This document shows positions 53,785 to 64,000 of a stretch of DNA of 64,000 nt, piece after piece. The translations under genes were made by a program, and so were the position numbers. Source of the stretch: Amoebidium appalachense. Taxonomy: Eukaryota; Protista; Ichthyosporea. The stretch is taken from contig CAVNZM010000006.1 of the NCBI GenBank assembly GCA_963693365.1, forward strand, positions 1,860,001 through 1,924,000, in the 5' to 3' direction. The stretch's first letter is position 1; the number at the start of each line of letters is the position of its first letter. The notes beneath the pieces were generated by a model. The model did no database searches. It had not been told where the DNA came from and worked only from the letters and a program-made list of their open reading frames with translations.

Positions 53785-54453
53785 GCACGCACACATCAAC
53801 ACACACGTACACACCCTCACACTCCTGTACACATTCACATGCACACACACGTACACACGTACACACGTACCCATACACGTACACACGTACACACGTACCC
53901 ATACACGTACACACGTACACACGTACCCATACACGTGCACACGTGCACACGTACACACGTACCCATACACGTACACACGTACACACGTACACACGTACCC
54001 ATACACGTACGCACACGTACACACGTACACACGTGCACACGTACACACGTACACACTTACCCATACACGTACACACGTACACACGTACCCATACACGTAC
54101 ACACGTACACACGTACACACCTACCCATACACGTACACACGTACACACGTACACACGTACCCATACACGTACACACGTACACACGTACCCATACACGTAC
54201 ACACACACACACACACGAACAGAACCTTCGTACTCGCGTATCTACCTGGTTTTCCTCACAATCCAACCGCAAGCAAACCCTCATCCGCCAGACATTTGGA
54301 GATTTGCCCTCCGACCCATGTGGGCTCACGATGTGGCTGAGCGCTTTAATCTTTTCCGACTCCCCGGCTGTTGCCTATCACATGCTTGCTTCTAATTCGC
54401 TCAATGCACGGTTGCAGTCCTTGAAGCCATTGGTGGCTAGGTTGTGTGATTGA
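50860..54453 (+). CDS. LONRF: LON peptidase N-terminal domain and RING finger protein
   Basis: Exons 50860-51918, 52685-53014 and 54223-54453. Degenerate N-terminal RING, TPR-like helices, RING ([24 protein letters not shown]...CPL), then the LON substrate-binding domain ([17 protein letters not shown]|[13 protein letters not shown]...FGMC...LPDGR...RFRV...DGY). Confidence 0.9.
53840..54212 (+). repeat. Compound minisatellite of ACACGT/ACACACGT/ACCCAT units
   Basis: Visible variant tandem array at the 3' end of LONRF intron 2. Confidence 0.85.
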
Positions 54454-54475
54454 TAGGTTGTGTAAACCAACCTCC

Positions 54476-54509
<34 letters not shown>

Positions 54510-55514
54510 ACACACACACAACCACCACCACCACCAAGCTCATTTTGCTCGCATGGGCGCTACACAATTAGTCTTTTCATGGCAACCTCTGTTATAACAT
54601 AGATCCGCTTCTTTATATAATATCAAGTATACGGGGTACCAGTAGAGATTTGTTCTCAGGTTAAAATCGCGAGATGTATAGGCATGGTGGTTTGTGTTCC
54701 GTGTTCCATATGTATGATGTCGGATGTCGACACACGATCACGGTGTTTTCCTTGACTTTTTGGGTGTTGGTTGAGGATGTGTGTGCATTAGGTCCTGCTA
54801 CGTAAGTTTTTTCTTTTCATTTTTGTGGTTTTGCTTGATGGTGTGAGTGGCGAGTTGCCATAAAATAGTTTTGTAAATCACGCCCCCACACACCGTTTAT
54901 GCGCGCTTCATGATCAATATTGTCGGTGCAGACATGTAAATACTTCGTGCTGTTGCACAACTGTTTGTTAGGCCAAGTACGAGAGCTAAATTTTATTGCT
55001 CCACCATATATAGAGAACATCATTACTTGTTTGCTACTGTTGACTGTGCTGACGAAATAGATTGTAAGACATCATAAAGTTCAGGTCCCGTTTTGTCTAA
55101 TATCATTATTCGTGGAAAGAATACTCGGTAAATTCGTAAAGCGGAAAAACATGTTTGGTTTGTGTGTAAAGTAAGGCTTCAATTGCATGAAGCACTTGTC
55201 AAATAAAGGCCTGGCCATATAGCCTATGCATTTTTGTGTCATGTGACTATGTAAGTATCAGTTCAGATGAATAAAAAAAATGAAATCTTTGAAGCACATG
55301 TTCTTCACCACCATTATTCCCACTATTTGGTAGCTGTTTCATAAAAAAAAATTCTTTTTGCGCCCCAAAACTTCCTACCCAAGATTCTACCTTGGCTAAT
55401 CAGTGCGATTTATACGGTTACCTTTGCTTACATTAACAACAGCATACTGCTGCACAGCGTTGTCGTGACTGTGTAAATTACCCCAAAAGCTTTCGTTGTC
55501 GTCCACACGCAGGT

Positions 55515-55579
<65 letters not shown>

Positions 55580-56100
55580 AAAATATACTGAATCACAAAA
55601 ACACAGGGGCACCCTGCGTGTACGTGCACAACCTTCGTAGAAATCAACTGAAAAGCAAACTTTATTTTCATGAGCCCTCTTCTCTTACGGATACGCATTA
55701 GCGGCTGCTATAATATTTCATCATACGTCGAAATAATATTTCAATCTGAGCCTTACTCTCTCACTGCAGGGGTTTTATCCCGGTCATGACACACACTAGC
55801 AATCGGGGCTACTTCCCCCCCAAAAAATTTCCACATTAGTCTACGGGATATCCCAGACTTGAGAGAACCGAAAGTAGGGGGGGAAAGGCATACAAACAAA
55901 AAAAAGGGGGACAGACAAGTGACCTGCATATACAAAATTACTTGCTTACTTTTAAACCTAAACCTGGTTGATCTGCACACACCCGACCCCCTTTCCATTT
56001 TCCCATCCACTGCTTCTCCTTCATTGACTGGCGCAATACCACACAGCAATATCACGCACTAGAGACCTGAAACCCGTCCCTATTGGCTCAATATCACGGC

Positions 56101-56526
56101 CTAGACCTTGCCCCAGTAGAGGTTTGTGTTAGCATCTTTAAGCACGTCAGTCTTGTGGCTCTGCAGACCCTCGGTCACGTGCCTCTTGGCCTTATAGATG
56201 TTCTTTTCCTGCTTGCGCTCATCACCACTGCCCTTAGCCATCGTGGCACGGGTCATGGGGAGCTGGAGCTCAAATCCGAGCTGTGTGGAAAGGAAAGGGT
56301 TAATTGTTATGTCAACACTAAAAAGATCTAAAGGATTAGTTTTTAAAGGGATGTGCTTGTGGGTCTTTCTCGTCCGGCCGGGGAGGAGGGGAAGGGGGGG
56401 GGGGTTGAATGAGTTATAAAGTACGACGTACACATTCACAACGGACAACACAATGCAGAGTGTAAGCCACACATTAGAGTATGCATCATAAGCAGAGCCC
56501 ATATTCAGGGAGGCCCCACGTCATCA

Positions 56527-56560
<34 letters not shown>

Positions 56561-57401
56561 AGAGGAAGGGGGCAATGCATGAAAGAATCAGCACAAAGAA
56601 AAGAAAATGCAACTTCGAGGGTCCAGGAAGGCAGCTTGTGATACATGATGTAAAGCATGGTGCATTGTGTTCGACACTCCCCACGCCATTCTTCTTCCTT
56701 CCCCACCACTACAACCATGCCGCCCCAGGCAGCAAACACTCACACAACACCCTGCCCGGTTGCTTCACCGAAATCACACAGCACCAACACAGCTATCCCA
56801 CAGGATTGTAACCCAAACTCATTCCGCGGCCTAAAAAGAAAAGTCTCCAACCCCCCCCCCCACCCACCCCCCCACACACACAAACACAACACCAAAAAAA
56901 AACTCCCCCCTCCCGAGCACACACACACACACACCTGCTCCCTCAGTTCCTGCTCCATATCCTGTCTCTTCAGGTCTGTGTAGTCCACCTGGTCACGAAT
57001 CACCTGCACGTGAAAAGAGATTTAGTATCTGTTCTCACATTCTCACCACCACAACCCATAAGGCAAAGGAAGAGTGCCTGCTAACTCGTTGGAGTATCGA
57101 AAGGGACCAAAGCCAAAGTATTCACGGACCAAAAGCTGCACACCGCAATCACTACCCGCCGTGCCCATACACGGCATCTATCAAGATGTTGCACAAACAC
57201 GTGGACAGACGGAGATGGAGCCATACTTTCTCCCGAATGTATGCATGGTCGACGATGCATGGCGGCAGGTGTGTGTGTGTGTGTGTGTGTGTGTCTGTGT
57301 GTGTGTGTGTGTGGTGGTGGTGGTGGTGGGGGAGGGGGGGGGGGGGGGGGGGAGGGTAGGTTAGAATGAGTTACAGGGCGGAAACCAGAGGAAAGGAGGT
57401 A

Positions 57402-57442
<41 letters not shown>

Positions 57443-58707
57443 CCTTGGGAGGGGGAGGGGGGGGGGGGGGAGGGGGAGGTTAGAATGAATTACAGACTTC
57501 GAAGTACGCAATCAAGAGCATGCAAAAACGCCTACAAAGGACAAGAATATCCAACATCAGCATTAGGGGGGGGGGGGGGGGAAGGCGAGAAGGAAAGTGT
57601 GTGCGAGTGTAAAGGGAGGAGGGGGGGGGGGAGGGGGAGGGGGGGGGGTTACGAGGGGGAGGGGAGGGGGGGGGGGTTACCTGGCGTGCCCTGGACATAT
57701 CCTCCTTATCCTCGATGTTGGTCAGCATGACACCCACAACATAGCCATTATCGAGGAAGTACGTGACACCCTGCATGGAGGTACCATATAGTCAGCCAAA
57801 AGTTTGCCCCAGCCTGCATGCCGTATACTATGAAAAAAAAATCTTCAACACCAAAATGTAAACGGGAGCCGGACATAGATCAGAGCAGAAAAGGTGTGTG
57901 TGAGAGGAAAACACAAATAAAGTTATTAAGATTGGCCCTATGGTGGAGAATGGGACCGGTTGCCTTAGTAACAGAGGTGAGAGAGGTAAAAGAAGTGAGA
58001 GAGGCATGTCATTTAGCCATCGGTTTCTGCTTTTTGAGTACGTGTGTGTACACACAAGGTGGTTAGAAAAATGCCTTCTCGCTGGAGGAGACGGGGAAAA
58101 GGTGGGGTAAGTTGAAATGTATCACAATCTGAGAGATACATTCCAAGACGGCCAAAGCCGTGCAGATTGCAACCGTTACGCACACATAAACAGCATGTGT
58201 GTGTGTGTGTGTGCGTGTGTTGGGGGGAGGGCGGGGGCTTACCTTGTTGAACTTGCTGGTGAAGAAAAGCTGCTCCTCGGTCTTGCCGGACTTCCTCTTT
58301 GGCTTGGCCATCTCCCAGAACCTGCATGCTCACAGTCAGCGACTAAACGTAATGGTCTAGTTTTTCTAAACAAATATGCAGAATTTGTTGAATGGCTGTA
58401 TTTGTAGGGGTGTAGGGGTGTGGGGTGTGGTGGTGGGGAGCGCGGGGGGGGGGGGGGGGGGGGGGACTCAGGGGAACCCAAAAAGGCAAGGAAGGGAGGA
58501 TGGGCCTAACAAGGCACGACCTACGAAGTAGAGCTCACAAAGCGATGATGCGGCGTAAGGAAAATGTAAGCTTGTTTGGGAAGGGGGAACACAGAAAACT
58601 GTGTGTGCATGCATCCATATGCATGTACACGTTCCCTCTCTAGCTCTCTCTATCCCCCCCTCTCTCTTTCTCTCTCTCTCTGTGTGTGTGTGTGTGCGTG
58701 CGCGCAC

Positions 58708-58741
<34 letters not shown>

Positions 58742-60103
58742 GGGGGGGGGGGGGGGAGGGGACTTCGAGGGCGGGGAATTTCGGGAGAAGGGGGGAGAAT
58801 GAACATACCCGAGTGTCTCAAGGCGAGCATCCGTGTTTCCAATCATGATATTGTTGAGGCCGATGGAGGGCAGAGACACAGTGGCCACAGGGATATTGTC
58901 ATAGACCTCACGCCCACCAGCCATGTTCTTGGCTGCTACAACACCAGTCTTGACGGCATGGTCGTAGTTCTGGTCTCTAAGGGGAGAAAAACAGGAGTAG
59001 TGTTAGGTGTGAGTAGGGGTTCATCTGGGGGATGGTTGGAGGGAAGGAACCGAGCCGTCGGGGGGGGGGGGGGGTGTGGGGGGAGGGTTTGGTTGAATGT
59101 GTTGCAGAGTACGTACACGGCAAACCCTCAAGACGGACAACACCACTCAGAACTTCCGGGGGGGGAGGGGGGGGGGGGAGAGAGAGAGAGGGGGGGGGGA
59201 GGGGGGTTGGGGGGTTTTGAATGTGTTCTAGAGTGTTAAGTACACATTCATAAAGGACAACACGATGCAGGGTGCAAACCACACACAAAGAGTATGCATA
59301 TCAAATAGAGCCCATCCTCAGAGGGGGATCCAAGAGAGGGGCAGGGCGGGCGGGTGGGCGGGGTGGTGTGTGTGTGTGTGTGTTTTTTCTGTGTGTGTGT
59401 GTGGGGGGGGGGGGGGGGGGGGGGGAGAGGGGGCCCAAAAACCTCCTGCGGCCCAGGTACTTGCTAGGGTACGATGCAGCATCCCCACCCACATAGATGT
59501 CACTGAAGGCCTGCAGCTCCGCATTGACCACTACACCGCTGTTGACTGGGTCGATTTCAAGCCCCGCCTCCTCGGCTAGGTCTGTGTTGGCGTCAATGTG
59601 CGTGGGTGCAAACACCTGTGTGTGTGTGTGTGTTGGGGGGGGGGGGGGGGGGGGGGGGGGGAGGGGGAAGGGGTGGGAGAGTTGTGGGGAAGGAGAGAAG
59701 GGTGTACGGGGAAGGAAGAGGGGGAGGGGACAAAGACTGTTAGTAGGAAGTTTTCGTTCTCTCTCTTCCGTCATACCAAACACGTCCATTACACCAAAAA
59801 ATGCCTCTTCCTCCTTTCTCACATACCTTACTTCCTAGTTAACCCTACAATAAGCGCGTCTGACTTTGGCAAGAGCACATCTGGTCGATTGATACATCAC
59901 GTCCGTCGCCGTCACCCTGCCCAGTCCAACCACAGCAAATGGGCACGCCTCGCAAATCGACTTGATTGAGAAACTAAATCATAAATCGATTAAAAAGCAA
60001 GCCCCTGTTCATAAGCACTTAGGGAACCCAAAGCAGGGCAAGAGAGAAGGTAACCAGGGCCGGGGGGGGGGGGGGGGGGGGGGAGAGGGGGGGGAGAGAG
60101 AGA

Positions 60104-60152
<49 letters not shown>

Positions 60153-61079
60153 GGGGGGTGGGGGGGGGAGAGTTGATACACATACCACATGGTCCGATGT
60201 CAGATAATATTGTTCCCACGAATCGACGGTCAGCGTCAGCCTGCCGGAGGTCTTATCCACGTCCACATCAGACACCAAGCTGAAGTTTCTCTGGTCAACC
60301 CCCTGCCCACGCAGAAGAGCGGTGCAGTAGGCGCGGAAGTATTCGGGGAGGGAACGATGCATGACTCCAGGCTCAGCATAGAGCTGGGTCACTTTAACCT
60401 TGGGTGCCTTCGCGCGGATGGCCAGAGCAATCTCGGTGCCGAGGGAGCCACCACCAACAACGGTAACATGTTCGATCTTACCGGCATTGGCGGCCTGTTG
60501 AGGAAACAGTCCGCAAGATTAGTAATTGATTTTTTTGTTCCATAGGCAGCACACCCACATATCGAAAAGATCCGAGTCTCTCTCTCTCTCTCTTACCCCC
60601 CCCCCCCCCCCCCCCCCCCCAAAAAAAAAGAAAACAAACAAAAAAAAACTTCACACGCACACACACGCACACATATATGCACGCCATCTGTCCGCATCAC
60701 CACCACCATCACTAAACACACAGTATTAAAGATCATTGCTCGATCTACCCGTTCACATTCTCTCGAACCCACATAACTTCCGAATCACCCACATAATTAC
60801 CGAATCACCCGCCAAACCCACTAAAACACACACATACCTCGATGAGTCTCTGCAGGTCTTGCTTGCGACGGAATGTGGTCACACGGTCAGCTGCTGCCGG
60901 CTTCACGTTCTTGAAGTTGGGGTAGTGGCCACCTGCATACACATTAAAACAAAAAGTGTGTGAACCCGAGTCACAATTTGTTAAAAAACACTGTAGTATG
61001 GTTCAGTTACCCAGTCCTCTGCCTTTCCTACAACCAAATGCCGATATTCCATACTGCATCCCCCCCCCCCCCCCCCCCC

Positions 61080-61131
<52 letters not shown>

Positions 61132-62438
61132 CTTCCCCAACCGCACACTGCCGTTACTCAAAAAACCACAAAACGGTATTATGAGAGCATGAGCAAGATA
61201 GTTTGCCTGAAGTATCTGATTGGGAATTTGCATAAACACCAAACTTCAACTGCCATTTGGGATGTGAACTTTGTTCGATTGGTCTTAGAGGTGTTTAGAT
61301 CATAAACGGCTCACATCACTAAAGACCACATGTTCGAACCACAGGATGTCGCAAAACTACACCCAACTAATAAACCAACGGCAACAAACATTGCAGTATA
61401 GGGAGAAGTTGTGTCATTACGCAGGGTGTAGTTGAACCAGAGAGCATGTTGCACACACACGGGAACAAAAGAGTTGAGAGATGGATGTGTGTGAGTGTGT
61501 GTGTTGGGGGGGGGGGAATTCCATACCGGTAGCAATGAAGCACTTGTCGAACTTGACGACTGTGCCATCATGCAGCTTCACCTCCTTCTTCTGCACGTCA
61601 AGATGGTGCGCCTCATGGCCCAACAGCAGATTGTTGCTGGGGTGGTTGGTGGGTGCCTCCAGCTCGGCTAGGTCCTTGTCCGTGTAGCCCAGAGAGTTCA
61701 TGCGCGGGTTGTTGCCGATCATCAGAACCTGCGGTGACCCGTGGCAGGTTTATTAGAGTTAGCTGAGAGATAGAGAGTTGATAGGTACAGAGAGGCAGCA
61801 TGGGCTAGGTGTGGAGGAGACTGCAGCATGTGCAGCTCAAGCACGGGGGGAGGGGGGGGGGGAGGTTCACGGAAGAGGGCGACAGGGAAATGGGGGGGGG
61901 GGGGTCTAACCCGGCTATAGCAACGGAGAAAGAGGGGCTGACACAACCACTGTATAACAGAGCCTAAACGGCAGGGTATGTAAATCGGCTATCTGGCAGC
62001 CCCCGTCCCCCCCCCTCCCCCCCCGCCGCTGCCGCCTCCAACCACCGCCACCAAGACAGAAACGACTCTCTTTACACGGGACAAGAACAAAAAACCACAC
62101 CACACCATGCAATATCCTACCTTGCCCTCAGCATCGATGTTGTTCAGTGTGTTGAGGCAGGCCCGTGCAGCCACGCCGGCTCCGATAATAACATACTTGT
62201 AGTGTTCCTCCTCTGGGCTTTTGGCCTGCACTACACCCAACCCATACAGACCAGCAGCAGCTGCGCTGGCAGCAAGAACACCGGCAAAACCCCAGTCTGG
62301 CCGTGTAGCTGCGGCCTTGGCTGTACTGAGATGGCGGCGCACATATGGGGCCTGGGTGAGAGTGGCCGTACAAGATGTGGTTAGACATGAGACTTGACGG
62401 AGTGTAGAGGAAGGCTTTACAAAAAGGAGGATGCGCAT
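56101..62438 (-). CDS. AIFM1: Mitochondrial apoptosis-inducing factor (AIF)-like FAD/NADH oxidoreductase
   Basis: Exons approx. 62121-62438 (Arg/Ser-rich presequence, TM segment, YVIIGAGVAA), 61527-61728 (KFDKCFIATG), 60838-60932, 60188-60495 (VTVVGGGSLGTE), 59444-59615 (GLEIDPVNSGVVVNAELQA..IYVGGDAASY...LGRRR), 58809-58976 (DHAVKTGVVAAKNM), 58243-58321, 57681-57770 (GVTYFLDNGYVVGVML), 56935-57003 and 56101-56280 (stop). Confidence 0.85.
56403..56469 (-). repeat. Copy of ~65-nt intronic interspersed element
   Basis: Minus strand TGGCTTACACTCTGCATTGTGTTGTCCG...ATAACTCATTCAACC in the last AIF intron. Confidence 0.7.
59213..59281 (-). repeat. Copy of ~65-nt intronic interspersed element
   Basis: Minus strand TGGTTTGCACCCTGCATCGTGTTGTCC...AACACATTCAAAACC in an AIF intron. 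A degenerate neighbour lies at ~59091-59150. Confidence 0.7.
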
Positions 62439-63706
62439 CACTTAGCGGGGTACACAAACTTTAACAAACATCGCAGTCTAGTAAGAGGAAGGCCGGGTTG
62501 TCCTAAGGCTCTAAGGGATCTTTTTACTCCTGCCACGTACCTGTGCGGCCCGGGCCACAGTGGACAACCTTTGAAGAGTCTGGAACCGCCGCATCTTGCC
62601 GTGCCTGCATCCCACACTCGAGGTCAGCAAACAAGCCTTAAATCAATTAACATTTCAACTAACAGCATATGCATATGCATGTGTGTATGCATGCGTGGTG
62701 GCCACTGGAAAGCAAACTACAGCATCACTTACAGCAACTGTTGTCCACATGGGAATCTTGAGAGATGCTGAGATGCTCTATCTAACCTGAAATGCTGTGA
62801 AGAGAACGCAAACTGGAAACGTGAAACAGCAGAACGATACTTACGACAATTTTCTTATGCTGTCACAAACTGTGTTCTACAGCCTTACACCTCTTTGTAA
62901 GTTGAAGCACAAAACGGGTGGGTGACTTCAAGCTGTTAGACATCAGAGTGACTGAGCAAGTTGAAAGCGGGAAAAAGCTTTTTGTCCTTGCTCACAAAAA
63001 ACAATACGCAATGCGACGGACCGATGTGATTGGATGTGGATAATTTTTATAATGCCGTGAGAGGCCCGTGACTGGCCCGTGAGCCATTTTTGGTTGGCTG
63101 CGAAGTAGCTTTGCCTAAATATAGACAAGTAGCAGAGGAGTGCAAAAAGGAAGTTCGGCGGCGAATGAAGCCTTCAAGAACGGAAATGCTGCCGCACCAT
63201 GGCACTTTGGCAACGTTTGCCACGGTGCTCATGCAAGAATATGTGGACTCACCAGGACGTTAGAGTTACTGCATAATTTCAGGTATCCTAAAATAAATAC
63301 GCTTTTTTGTATTATATGTTTGCAATGATGGTATTATTTTCCGTGATGGCAGCCGCTCAGCGACCTGAAAGCGAAGGGCCTCGTCTCGGGTCGTTCGAAT
63401 TCGAACCGGACCGAAAACAGAAATTTAAAAGGTCGGCATTTCGCTCGCGATCGAGTAACGCAAAGCATAGATCTACCAATGAATACGTGTTATTGTGAGA
63501 TTTGGCGGGAAGAACGCCGTGTTCCAGAATCACGGCCGCCGAACCACCAACAAGTTAAGTTTTGAGTGCATAGTGAGTGTAAAGAGAGCAAAGAATAACC
63601 AATAATTGTTTCATTTCACATATATTATAGGCGATTGTTTAGTCTATTGCTACCCTTCTTCGTTCATGCGCCCTTTGGAGGGTCCGCGTGAGGTGAGCAA
63701 CCAGCC

Positions 63707-63795
63707 ATGGCCAACCCCTGGGGAGGGGTGGCTCGTGCTGGCCAAGCAACCTTTTGGAAGCCTGGAACCACGGCTCCAGGGAGCAGTCTGGACAG
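63707..63795 (+). CDS. DHX35: Probable first exon of the DEAH helicase DHX35 (gene continues beyond the window)
   Basis: GCCATGG start, MANPWGGVARAGQATFWKPGTTAPGSSLD(R), strong donor AG|GTGAGT. FW(K/R)PGTxxPG is the characteristic DHX35 N-terminus as I recall it. Confidence 0.6.
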
Positions 63796-64000
63796 GTGAG
63801 TTAAGCAGTTAACGGCTATGTTTTGTCAGCTGAGGGGGATTTGTGTGCTTTATGGCAGTGCCTTGTGAAAGGTTTTCGTTCTCGGTCGAGTTCAGATGGG
63901 GAGAGTGCTTTTACCCTGCGCTCAAGTTGTGTAAGGTGCCCCATAAGAAGACGATACAGCGCAGGAGTTCATATGCACTTAGAGTTGCAGCATAATAAAG

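Noticed and set aside
53840-54212. Repeat/spacer-like periodicity suggestive of a CRISPR array
   Set aside because: There are no unique spacers and no cas genes. It is a eukaryotic intronic minisatellite.

Overview
Intron-rich eukaryotic genomic DNA whose introns and intergenic DNA are full of poly-G/poly-C, (CA)n/(TG)n and (GA)n tracts. A unicellular opisthokont such as an ichthyosporean is my guess, but taxonomy cannot be fixed from this window. Almost all ORF-track entries are simple-repeat artefacts, so genes were rebuilt by hand from splice sites. In order, the window holds: (1) the 5' part of a secreted bacterial-type alpha-2-macroglobulin gene (minus strand, runs off the left edge); (2) a DEAH helicase fused to a RING-IBR-RING E3 ligase, with probable homopolymer frameshifts; (3) a DnaJ C-terminal fragment with no J domain, abutting a pseudogenised paralogue of gene 5; (4) a TE-rich block with a PIF/Harbinger-like MITE, a young 3.6-kb non-autonomous LTR element (5-bp TSD, tRNA-Arg PBS, PPT) and a fold-back; (5) a gene built of phase-0 exons carrying SIM-like and SUMO-site-like motifs, ending in an unknown globular domain; (6) a ~11.5-kb MULE-like/DUF6729 DNA transposon whose six-exon transposase has an intact WRN/EXD2-type DEDDy 3'-5' exonuclease inserted inside the DDE core; (7) LONRF; (8) mitochondrial AIF; (9) the first exon of DHX35. 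The most notable items are the exonuclease-containing transposase, a ~65-nt element found only in introns and always on the sense strand, the intronised bacterial-type A2M, and the SIM/SUMO exon-array gene.
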